Part shown: positions 51,746 through 61,939 of the stretch, in pieces | Numbering within the stretch: the stretch's first letter is position 1 | Layout of the letters: each line of letters starts with the position of its first letter | Position numbers and translations under genes: made by a program | Origin: Asterias rubens | Lineage: Eukaryota | Reading direction: 5' to 3' | Assembly: GCF_902459465.1 (NCBI RefSeq) | Contig: NC_047082.1 | Span: 3,472,001 to 3,536,000, forward strand | Length of the DNA stretch: 64,000 bases | The notes under the pieces: model-generated | The model's database searches: none | Told to the model about the DNA's origin: nothing | What the model saw: the letters and a program-made list of their open reading frames with translations, nothing else

Positions 51746-52533
51746 ATAAGCAATATCCACTGACTGTTGCAGTTTTCCCTTATTATGCAGTGATGGATGA
51801 ATCCAAGTTACCTATTTATAATAATCATTTTGTGACAAGATTCTTGGCTTGAAGTTAAAGTGAGATAATAGACTACATGAGATTGTGTTGTAGATTGATC
51901 ATACTGTAGCTGTGTCAGAGCATAGAGAAAGGACAATCACTATGGTCAGAGGGAGACAACTTGGACCAATTTCGTTGACATGCGAAAACAAGAAGATTGG
52001 GGGGAGGCCACAGGGGGCCCGTGTCTCCTTCGACCTCCAGAAAAGATAGCAACTCATTTATCAGCCGGTTTATCATAAACAGTTTGGGATTTCTTGATGA
52101 CACGCGAGCCATAGTGACATCTTAATAGAGTGTATTCAGCGTATTTTTGGGGGTGGCACGTGGCAGACGTGCAGCAGGCCTTGAGGCACGCCCAGATTAC
52201 AGACCGGTGACCATCAGCTAGCTCACTGCTGCCTGTCAGACATTTCGCATGGTTTACGATTCGTAGGAAAAGATTTCACATACACATCAGTTTGACTAAA
52301 GACTCTACTTGTTTGTATAACTTATAATAAGAACGGTGCCAAGCTGTTTGTGTATGAAAGATTTGCCCCAAATTTGTGTTAGTTTTCAGACACCAAACAC
52401 TTACAAAGTATGTTATGGTTATATCCATTGCAGTGTTTGAAGCAGGATTGGAAAACCCGAATGAATATAGGCCTACTCTTCCAAATCTAATAGCCAATGA
52501 TGAACCATAACCTTTAACCATACCCTTTCTTAA

Positions 52534-52912
52534 AGGCAGTGGACACTATTGGTAATTACTCAAAATAATTATTGGCATAAAACCTTACTTGGTAAAGAGT
52601 AATGGGGAGAGGTTGATAGTATAAAACACTGTGAGAAACTGCTCCCTCTGAAGTGACGTAGTTTTGGAGGAAGAAGCAATTTTCCACGAATTTGATTTCG
52701 AGACCTCAAGTTTAGAACTTGAGGTCTCGAAATCAAGCATCTGAAAGCACACAACTTTGTGTGACAAGGGTGTTTTTTTCTTTCATAGTTATCTCGCAAC
52801 TCCGACGACCGATCGGGCTCAAATGTTCACAGGTTTGTTATTTTATGCATATGTTGAGATACACCAAGTGAGAAGACTAGTCTCTGACAATAACCAATAG
52901 TGTCCACTGGCT
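52534..52912. mobile_element. MITE family A, full-length, at the edge of a minisatellite
   Basis: TTAA TSDs at 52530-52533 and 52913-52916. Confidence 0.92.
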
Positions 52913-52919
52913 TTAAAAG

Positions 52920-53310
52920 TAGAGAATAGGAATAAATGTACTCACCAACCCATTGTTTCTTGAAAACCAGAGGATTAGAATGAATGTACTCTTTCAATAA
53001 CCAATGATGTACCGTCCCTTTATGATGTGTTTCTTGAAAAGTAGAGGTGGATTGGAATGAATGCACTCTTCCAATAAACAATGATGTACCGTCCCTTTAT
53101 GATATGTTTCTTGAAAACTAGAGGATTTGAATGAATGTACTCATCCAGTAACCAATGATGTACCCTCCCTTTATGATATGTTTCTTGAAAACTAGAGGAT
53201 TTGAATGAATGTACTCATCCAGTAACCAATGATGTACCCTCCCTTTATGAGATGTTTCTTGAAAACTAGAGGATTTGAATGAATGTACTCTTTAGAACTA
53301 ATGATGAATG
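52920..53310. repeat. Related minisatellite, 74-bp unit
   Basis: aaaactagagg recurs at 53114, 53188 and 53262. Confidence 0.95.
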
Positions 53311-53899
53311 TGTTTACATACACTCTTTCCATTAAAAACTCACAAGGATTTACTCCTCAACTGAATTTCAATGGAACTAAGCTTTTTGTACTGATCTCTT
53401 ACTAGTTTATGTGTTTTGGCTCCAAAGTGAATGCACTTTTAAGTAATTTCTCGGCTTTTGATATATAAATAGATACGTGAACTGTGTCCCTTTGATTGGC
53501 GTACAATGACCTGGACAGACACGTGCTAAATAAATCACATCTTGTCACTAAGGGAAGAAAGGAAGAGTGACGTTACTGCACTTATGTGGCAAAAATATTA
53601 AGACAGATGCACTTTTTATTGTTATAAGAGTCTGTTACTCAGAAGAACGCAGGCCTTTCATTGGAACAGTGGGTGCACTTGTGCCAAAATGTTATAGTAA
53701 AAGTGTGAAATGCTTCTGCGACGTGTTTGACGTGTGTGAGGAAAAATCATATGATTTTGTGCGTGATTCGGATACGGTTTGAAAGCTGTAACCTGATCAC
53801 GGAGAGACAAACAAATTAAACGACAAACATAAATTGGCCTACCATAGCGCCTTCAAAAACAGTATTGACTTAAATACTAATATGAAAATCCTTACTTTA

Positions 53900-54464
53900 A
53901 GGCACTGGACACGTTTGGTAATTGCCAAAGACCAGCAAAAAATGTGCTTAAGCACGAAAATAGCTCGCTTATTTTACATATGTTACCGGCCAAAATTTCA
54001 TGCCATATATACAATGCTTGTGACAAGTATTTAGTTGTTGTTTACTTCGCATAACAATTGAGTGCATTATTGGCCGGTAATCTGATTTTACTAAGCAAGG
54101 ATTTTGTGCTTAAGCAGCTCTATGAAATTGGGCCCAGTATTCTCACTTGGTGTATCCCAACATGTGCATAAAATATCAAATATGTGAAGATTTGGACTCA
54201 ATATTGGTCATCGCAGTAGAATAATGAATGAGAAAACACCCTTTTTGACACAAATCTGTGTGCTTTCAGATGCCAAGGAAGCCTTCAGGCCTAAACAAAA
54301 AATTAATTTTCGAGTGAGAAATTACCTCTTTCAAAAAATCTACGTTACTTCAGAGGGAGCTGTTTCTCATAATACGTTATGTCAACAGCTCCCCATTGCT
54401 TGTTACCCAATAATGTGTTATGCTAACAATTATTTGGAGTAATAACCAAAAGTGTCCAGTGCAT
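53900..54464. mobile_element. MITE family A interrupted by family F
   Basis: aggcactggacac...aaagaccag | F 53936-54137 | tattctcacttggtg...gtgtccagtgca. Confidence 0.85.
53936..54137. mobile_element. MITE family F, nested in family A
   Basis: Ends gcagctctatgaaattgggcccag. Confidence 0.85.
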
Positions 54465-54515
54465 TGAAGTCCTAATGACTTCTAGAGCCAAGCTCTATCA
54501 TTATCGATCACAAAT

Positions 54516-54741
54516 CAGGGCCCACTTTCATAGAGCTGCTTACATACAACCTTGCTGAGTAAAATCAGATTACCGTCCAAAACTCCACTCAATTGTTATG
54601 CTAAGTAAACAACAGCTAAATACCAGTCACAAGCAATGTGTATTGCATGAAATTTTGGCCAGTAACATGTGTAAAACAAGCGAGCTGTTTTCGTGCTTAA
54701 GCAAATTTTTTGCTTTAGCAGCTCTATGAAATTGGTCCCTG
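54516..54741. mobile_element. MITE family F, full-length, opposite orientation
   Basis: TIRs cagggcccactttcatagagctgct / agcagctctatgaaattggtccctg. Confidence 0.9.
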
Positions 54742-54974
54742 AATTATACGGAAAATCCATTGACTGTGCTAAGAATCGCCAACACCTACAACATACCTAG
54801 TGAATGTTTATAATACGTTTGGAATGCTTTCTTATCCGTTCAAACATCAACAAAATCTTCTCTGTTTATAATCATTCACACAGTCAATATCAACATCTTC
54901 TTGTAATATCCACTCGTTGAAAGTTTAAAATAAAATTGTATAAAGAGACCGTCACTTATCAACACATAAACATT

Positions 54975-55420
54975 CAGTAATGGGCTCTAACATCGGAATT
55001 TAAAGAACTTGGAGACTTTGGAACGCTAGGTGGCAGCAGATAATTTTCATTTTGTTTGCGTAGGTCAAATTTCCAGGAACCACTACTAAACTTGTAAGTC
55101 TTCTGATTGAAATATAATTTTGACTGAAATAATGTGCTCCAACATCGCAGATTAAAGAACTTGAAGACTTTGGAACGCTAGGTGGCAGCAGATAAATCTC
55201 AAATTTGTACGTTCAAATTTCCAAGAACCTCTGCTAAACTTGTATTATGATTGCAATATACCTTAACGGTTTTTTGGTTAAAGTAATTGCAGTTTAAAGA
55301 TCGAACTTGGATAGTTTGGAACGCTTCCCAGTAGTGGCAGCAGATCAATCTCAATTACTTACATAGTTCAAATTTCCAAGAACCACTATAAACCTTTAAG
55401 TCTGCTGATTTCAATTTAAC
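54975..55420. repeat. ~150-bp tandem repeat, 3 copies, containing the family H terminal motif
   Basis: acgctaggtggcagca at 55023 and 55175, degenerate at 55321. Confidence 0.85.
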
Positions 55421-56122
55421 TTTGTATTTTCTTTGGCGAAGGGTTGTGAACATCATTGTTCATTTTAATGCTTAAAGCACATTCTTTACTCTGAATGAAC
55501 GACACATTTGTCGCATTATTTTCTAACTATATTGGAGAGGTTTGCGGTAACACCGTGTTACTGACCATGTGAACTTTGTTTACAACAAGTGTGACCTTGT
55601 ACATTCTTTGGCTAGTCTGGCAGGCAAGATACTGCACTGGTCATATGGGAAAGTTTACATTTTGTGCCATAATTTCCACATAAATCCAAGAGTTTTTTAT
55701 GAAAGTTAAAGCTGGACGAGTTTTGAGATGTGCCCCCTTTCATCATATCAAACGTTGATACAAATTGGACAGTGCAATCTCCATAAAATATAATATTTTA
55801 TGTTTTCTTCCATTAGGCTGTGTACAAATCGTGCCTGCAGGAAGTCCAGGCTTGGTGGCTCTTTTGTAAACATGTTATGCCACAGGTCACATCGTCTATA
55901 CATGGTGTTACCGCAAACCTCTCTTAGTTATATACTTCCACCATGCAAAGTTTGAAATCGTTGTTTTCTGCTGGCAAAATAATGACATTTAAGAATCCCC
56001 CACCCTCCCGTCGATTGGAATGTGACTCCTTCCTCCTCAGAAACAGACACACTTATTCAGAACACATCCTCAATTGCAATTACATTATAATGAGCTTTGG
56101 TTTTTCGTTTGTTTGGTTGCAG

Positions 56123-56251
56123 GTAGCAATTAAAGTGATCGACAGGGATAAGATAAAGGAAGAGTATGTACGGGCGAATCTGTACCGTGAGGCACGCATC
56201 TTGGCCCAGCTCAGACACCCTAACTTGGTGCGGCTTTACGAGACCATATCG
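56123..56251 (+). CDS. Kinase coding exon 2: VAIKVIDRDKIKEEYVRANLYREARILAQLRHPNLVRLYETIS
   Basis: Pyrimidine-rich acceptor ending TTGCAG at 56122 and GTAAGA donor at 56252. Contains VAIK catalytic Lys, the alphaC Glu (RE) and HPN (subdomains II-IV). 129 nt, phase 0/0. Confidence 0.95.
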
Positions 56252-56301
56252 GTAAGATCACTTCTCCATCTTGAGTTTGTTTCTCTCTCTAGACTCTGGT
56301 T

Positions 56302-56368
56302 ATTTCAAGGGCACCAAGGCAATGCTCAGGGGGCACGGAGGCAATTGCCTTTTATTGCCTCCGTGAAG
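56302..56368 (-). mobile_element. Family E, partial
   Basis: atttcaagggcaccaaggcaatg...cctccgtgaag. Confidence 0.8.
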
Positions 56369-56371
56369 GAC

Positions 56372-56543
56372 CAGCTGTCGATTTCACAAAACTCTTCCTA
56401 ACTTAGGATTAATCTTAGGACTTAGGACGATTCCCAGCCCTGCACTGTAACATGCAAATCTTAAGATTAATCCTAAGTTAGGCCGAGTTACTCGTTCTAA
56501 CTCGAGATAGGATTAATCCTAGCGTTTCGTGAAATCGGCTGCA
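56372..56543. mobile_element. MITE family D2
   Basis: cagctgtcgatttcacaaa ... tttcgtgaaatcggctg. Confidence 0.85.
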
Positions 56544-56808
56544 GGCATTGGGTATTTGCTTTTCAGAGTCAGTGAGTTCATTGGAAACCATGATTTCATT
56601 TGATAAACGTGCAGTGACGTAAGCTTTCTATATCTGTTTTGATTGGTCCGAGGTGACGTTTTGCAGCTGCACTTTTCGGTCGTCTGAATATGAATGTAGG
56701 TGAAAGGTGATTATGGACGGGGATTGACCTAGGCCTGAGGCCACTCTCTGATGTAATTCACGAGTCTCGAAGTTCTGTTCACGCTTGTTTCTCTCTCACT
56801 CAATAGCA

Positions 56809-56940
56809 ATGTGAGACTTTGGAACGCTAGGTGGCAGCAGACGTATACCAGGTGCATTTCCATTGTTTATAATATTACCGAGAACGCTGGATTTACCTGG
56901 TAAAGTCTGCTGCCATATATAGCTTCCAAAAGTCCCACAT
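56809..56940. mobile_element. Small MITE family H
   Basis: atgtgagactttggaacgctaggtggcagcagac / gtctgctgccatatatagcttccaaaagtcccacat (imperfect TIRs). Confidence 0.75.
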
Positions 56941-57027
56941 ATCTGGCATGGAAAGGGAGTGTATATATAGGGTCACGACACATGAGACAATTTACATGCA
57001 TTCAGTTCCAGGTAATCTTAAAAAAAA

Positions 57028-57360
57028 AAAATCCATTCACATTTGACTGTCACATTTTTTCTGAGGGATCGTATTAAGACATTGTTTAAAAAATTACTCA
57101 TGTGCTACCAAATAAAGTGCTCCTGTAGCATGCACTGCAGTTGGTTGGCTCTAAGTTGCCTATAAAAGTTGCCTCGTGTGACAAGGCAATCTCCAAGATG
57201 AAAATCCATTCACACTTCAATGTTCACCTATTTTTCTTAGGATCGTAAGACATTGTTAAACAAAAAAAAACCTGTACCACCGAAATTGTTCTGTATGCAC
57301 TGCAGTTGGTTGCCTCCAAGTTCCCTGTACTTAAAATTTCCTCGTGTGGCAATACCTAAG
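57028..57360. repeat. ~173-bp tandem duplication
   Basis: aatccattcaca ... ggatcgt..aagacattgtt ... atgcactgcagttggttg occurs twice. Confidence 0.8.
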
Positions 57361-58069
57361 GCTTTATTACTTCTGCTATGTAATAAATGTAAACTGCCCA
57401 AAGAGTTCGCTACATTTCATTCTTACCACCATGTGCACATCATCCATAGAAACCAGTCATCTTTATTCCTATGTCAAAAATAACAGCCCCTGGAGCGCGG
57501 GGTATGTGACCTTTGCTCGCCTACATTTTCAACGAGCCATTCCTTTTTATTTTGCATGATACCTGCCAAACGATTCTGATTTAACTCCCCCGGCATGGAG
57601 AGGTCAACAAAGGTCACTTGATTGACACGATCATGACGCTAGATGGCGTCCGACAGTTAAGTTTTATAGTTTATACCTGGTGACAACTTTTAAAGTGCAG
57701 GGTATAAATATTTAATAGCTGAGTGTAATCCAGAATTGAAACCCCCCTACTCGGGAATGTTTTGTTAAATCTGTTTAAATTTAGCAAATCTGCTGTCATG
57801 AACTGTTATTTTGTCAGTTTTTACTGTTGGATGTTAAATATATACAGTAAATTTAAATAAACACGTGTGTTTCCATTTTTGAGAACGGACTTTGGCTGAT
57901 TGAAAAGTTTCTATGTTCAATGGCTATACCATAAGTAGGCCCCTAACCCGTATTTTGTAAAATAGCTGCCATTAGTATTTAAGAATTAAAAGTTTTGAAA
58001 ACAGTACAACCTTTCCTTTACTTTTTGCAAAGTTTTATTTTTATATATTTTTGCACAAAATAGTTAATG

Positions 58070-58108
58070 GCCTGACGTTTCGACCCTAGCAGGGTCTTTC
58101 TCGAAGGC
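58070..58108 (-). ncRNA. Variant minimal hammerhead motif within an inverted PLE terminus
   Basis: Minus strand: gcct-TCGAGAA-a-gaccc(tgcta)gggtc-GAAAC-GTC-aggc. The core deviates (U3/A8 swap, C4). Confidence 0.45.
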
Positions 58109-58549
58109 TCTGCTTGGATCGAAGCGTCAGGTCATTAAGTATGTTTTTTGCATTTATACCAGATAGTTCCTTTTAGTCGGTAGGCAGTTTGCAACAGCTA
58201 TATCTGTGTTCTTATTTAGATATTTTTAAGTAAAAATACAAACAGAAGTCACATTAAGTGGATACCGGTTTATCAGTTGTACGCAGAGACGAAAAACTAC
58301 CCTCCTGCCAAGAAGTTTGAATTGTTTTCGAATGAAAAAGATCCGTTTCCTGAAAAGAGAATTCCTATTATTTCAAAACCCTGCTGGTATATGTTTTATT
58401 TCTGCTCAACTCATCTATATGGCTATTACTTCCTCAAGTCTCCCACAACGGATTTCCTTGATTCTTCTGCTGATTACAAATTGACATCCTGTTGATTATA
58501 GAGAAAACACTGCAAGGGAAAAATCCCTGACAAAAAAAACATTTAATAA

Positions 58550-59005
58550 AGGCACTGGACACTATTGGTCTTTACTTTAAATAAGTGTTAGCACACCAAC
58601 TTTAATTGGTAACGAGCAACGGCTCCCTATGAGGTAACATAGTTTTTGAGAAAGAGGTAATGTCTCACTCAAAGTTTTAAAAGACTTCAGGCCTTTTATT
58701 TTACATTCTTTCATTATTCTCTTGCAACTTCGATGACCAATTGAGTCCAAATTTCCACATGTTTGTTATTTTATGCATGTTGAGATACACCAAGTGAGAA
58801 GACTGGTCTTATAACAATTAACAATAGTGTCCCGTCTATTTCACCAAACTCCCCTTACGTATGATTAATCTTAGGACGTAGGACGAGATAAGTTCCGTGA
58901 CCATACGTTAGGACGCATTGAACCCATCCTAAGTTAGGACGAGTTACTCGCTCCAACTCGAGATAGAATTAATCCTAGCGTTTCGTGAAATCGGCTGCAG
59001 TGCCG
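58550..59005. mobile_element. MITE family A with family D2 inserted in its right TIR
   Basis: ...caatagtgtcc | D2 | cagtgccg-TTAA. Confidence 0.8.
58833..58997. mobile_element. MITE family D2, nested in family A
   Basis: Homologous to 22026-22190 and 56372-56543. Confidence 0.8.
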
Positions 59006-59400
59006 TTAAAGGAAAATTATTTCAAGTGTCTATAGAAAATTGAACCGGAAATTGTACGTGTTGCTTTGTGGCGATATTGATAAGCCTGCAATTGTGTAAG
59101 CCCGTGGTACGACCTCTAAACCAGGGGTAGATTGACTCCGTGTGTGACTGGGGGTGACCGCGGGAGATTATTATGGTGTACGGGGTCACCCCCATGCCAA
59201 TCAATGGCAACCATTCATATCAACCTAGAATGCAAGTCAATTCAAAACATATTTTATTTTCAGGGAATACAACTCACCCGCTGTATGTGTTTTGACTGTT
59301 TGTGTGATCTTGTCCAGATCACTGTGTAATTCGAAAGCGATATAATATCATGTTGTTGACCTTATCGTATGGGGTGGGGTGGGGTGGGGCCTGCCTGTGA

Positions 59401-59714
59401 CTTTTAGAGAGAGGGGGTAAGCCTAGACTTGCCTTCAAGTCTTTAATCTTACAAGTTACTGCTTAGCGTATGACTTGTAAAACTTTTAGAAAGTTGGGGT
59501 AAGCGTATAGACTTGACTTCAAGTCTTTATTCTTACAAGTTACTGCTTAGCGTATGACTTGTACAACTTTTAGAAAGTGGGGATAAGCCTAGACTTGACT
59601 TCAAGTCTTTAATCTCACAAGTTACTGCTTAGCGTATGACTTGTATAACTTTTAGAAAGTTGGCGTAAGCGTATAGACTCGACCTCAAGTCTTTAATCTT
59701 ACAAGTTACTGCTT
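59401..59714. repeat. Minisatellite, 82-84-bp unit, about 4 copies
   Basis: cttttaga at 59401, 59483, 59567 and 59649. Confidence 0.92.
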
Positions 59715-59926
59715 GTTGCGAGCAACTACTGAAGCATGTGACTTGTAAAACGTCTCACCTTCGATCGTGGTGGCGACTTGAAGAGTTGCCTCTGCTGCCC
59801 TTGGTCTTGGTCTTGGTGTCCCTTTCGAGTTTCTTATAGACTTTAAGATTTTCGAATGCCTTTTCCAGAGGAATTGTGATGTGGGTTATGAAATTAGCCA
59901 GCGTATCGTTATAACATACGTGAAAT

Positions 59927-60230
59927 ACACACATCGGTGTATATGGGTAAAAACCAAAAATTAATATTCTTTATCCCCGATGCAAATTTAACATCTATTA
60001 AATTGTTTGCAGTACCCGCTGCTAAAAACATAGGATTCGAACTGCCTCTTGCTACCGGGCAATCTCGGTGGTCTATAGTTGGTATGAAATTGCTCTAGAA
60101 TTGCAAAGGTCGTGGGTTCGAATCCCACCCGAGTAATATGCCTGTGATTTTTTTCACAGGACTCGGGAAAGTACTGAGTATACAGTGCTACACACATCGG
60201 TGTATATGGGTAAAAACCAAAAATTAATAT
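59927..60230 (+). mobile_element. Family C: short retroposed element with internal tRNA-like module, 41-bp terminal direct repeats and ~10-11-bp TSD
   Basis: Repeat R at 59927-59967 and 60190-60230. ATACGTGAAAT at 59916-59926 and 60229-60239. tRNA-like module at 60063-60134. Confidence 0.85.
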
Positions 60231-60608
60231 ACGTGAAATTCTGTTTACTTTAGTCTGTTTTACGATTTTTATCTTTAAAATTGTCTTATTTTTTTCCAAG
60301 CCCAAATATCATGTCTGCTATAGCTTGACTAAGTCATTAAAGGTACGTTTCGAACACCACTCATACAAGAAAACTTTCAGCCATTCACGACAGGTGTATT
60401 TAAATAACAGCCAATCAAAACGACTGAAAGTGCGCTCAGATATTCACCCCAACAAACCGATTGACATCCTATGAAACTAACAGTTTGTTGTGTTTATACT
60501 TCAGTCCAGTTCTTCGTAGTCAAAATGGCTAAAAGTGCGCCCACATATTCTTCCCAAACCGATTTGAAATCCTTTGTAACTAAACATGTTTTTGTGTTTA
60601 TATATCAG

Positions 60609-60775
60609 TCCAGTTCTTTATACTGCTTGGTCACCGAGTTTGCAGCAGGAGGGGATCTGCTCTCCTTCGTGCGGGGCCAACGCGACGGACGACTAGGTGA
60701 AGTCTCTGCTCGTCGATTTGTTCGTCAGCTTGTCTCCGCACTTCACCATATGCATGACAGAGGAGTGGTTCACAG
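60609..60775 (+). CDS. Kinase coding exon 3: SSSLYCLVTEFAAGGDLLSFVRGQRDGRLGEVSARRFVRQLVSALHHMHDRGVVH(R)
   Basis: Acceptor CAG ending at 60608, GTATG donor at 60776 (phase 2, within the Arg of HRD). Hinge TEF..GGDL and subdomain VIa helix. I did not find the next exon (DLK...) in the window. Confidence 0.93.
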
Positions 60776-60857
60776 GTATGTACCCCCCCCCCCTCAACCA
60801 CCCCCCTCCCTCCCCCACACCCAATTATCGTTGTAAGAGGACATCCTCCTACCTCAT

Positions 60858-61026
60858 GCCTGATACTTCACGGATGCAACGAAGGCGATCGCTCCATGCC
60901 CTCTTGCCATTGCCTTGGTGCCCTTGAAATGCCCCAGTAGAAGTGTACACAATTTCCCTCATAGGGTGCCCTTTATCGATGAGAACATGGTCTTGGTGCC
61001 CTTGCCCTTTCAAAACGAATTCAGGC
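60858..61026 (+). mobile_element. Family E
   Basis: gcctgatacttcacgg ... ttcaggc. Confidence 0.85.
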
Positions 61027-61397
61027 TTATTCTCACAAATCATACTGAAATGAACCGCAGTGCAATTATGTATTGGTCTAGGACGAGTATCAAGTTGACA
61101 TGACGTCAGAACCTCTACAATTTTGTCTCCTCCTGTACCAAAGTTTACACAGTGGACAATGTAGAACAGATAAACGCATTGTCTGAAAATAAAGTGGTTG
61201 TCCATCAGAAGCTTATACTTGAATCTTCATGTTTTTGTATACATTTAAACAGAAGTTCTGTTTGAAAGACGGAATTAAATGAACCTCGGCACATTAACTG
61301 TACCAAAGTCAAGAATAGAGATGTCAAGAATGGGCAAAGAGTTAATGTAACACAGATAAACCCATCGTTTGAAATGACACTAACAAGTGTGACGAGC

Positions 61398-61470
61398 CTG
61401 GACCGTGGTCAAATGATTAGACTGCAGGACTTATAATCACAAGGTTGTGGGTTCGAATCCCCCAGTTAAC
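61398..61470 (+). pseudogene. Degenerate tRNA-like fragment or SINE head
   Basis: B box GGTTCGAATCC and a cttataa loop, but the stems do not pair well. Confidence 0.4.
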
Positions 61471-61939
61471 AGTGATTTCACAATGACCAGAATAAATATT
61501 GTCGTCTAGTTACCGATCACAATTTCTGGATTTGTGCAATTCATAATAATAGACGACTAAACCAATGTTTGTAGGAGAGAGATTGGCTGTTGCCAGCTTG
61601 GTGTTTATATCCCCTTGAGGGAGTTTGCCAATTTCCCTTGATGGGAAGACCACCTAAACAAGTGGTTGTCCATCAGAAGCTTATACTGAAACTTTCATGT
61701 TGTGTAACATTTACAAAAGTACTGTTTGAAAGGAAATGTTTAGGGAGTTTAGGTGTATTGTTTCAATTGGCGTTGACGTCCAGCTATCACTGGCCTCGTT
61801 GTTTCCCACGAGGTTCAATTCTCGTTTCCCTTGAGGAAGTTTCGATGACCGCCCCCACACGACTGACTGACCGTAAACCCTCAAGGAACAACACTAAAGT
61901 CTTGTTGAAAATGATATTGAGAAAAACGCCCTTGATTAA

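Noticed and set aside
6474-52799. Many similar ORF-track peptides (e.g. KTPLSHEVVCFQMLDFETS..., LISRPQILNLRSRNQIRGK...) as a multigene family
   Set aside because: All lie within non-coding family A MITEs and have inconsistent frames, starts and stops.
55943-56401. 152-aa single-exon ORF containing VAIK
   Set aside because: It is the 129-nt exon read through into intron and repeat sequence on both sides. Splice sites delimit the real coding part.
60063-60134. Functional tRNA (Leu-UAG or amber-suppressor-like CTA loop)
   Set aside because: The anticodon stem does not pair in either register, copies differ at several positions, and the module is embedded in an interspersed repeat.
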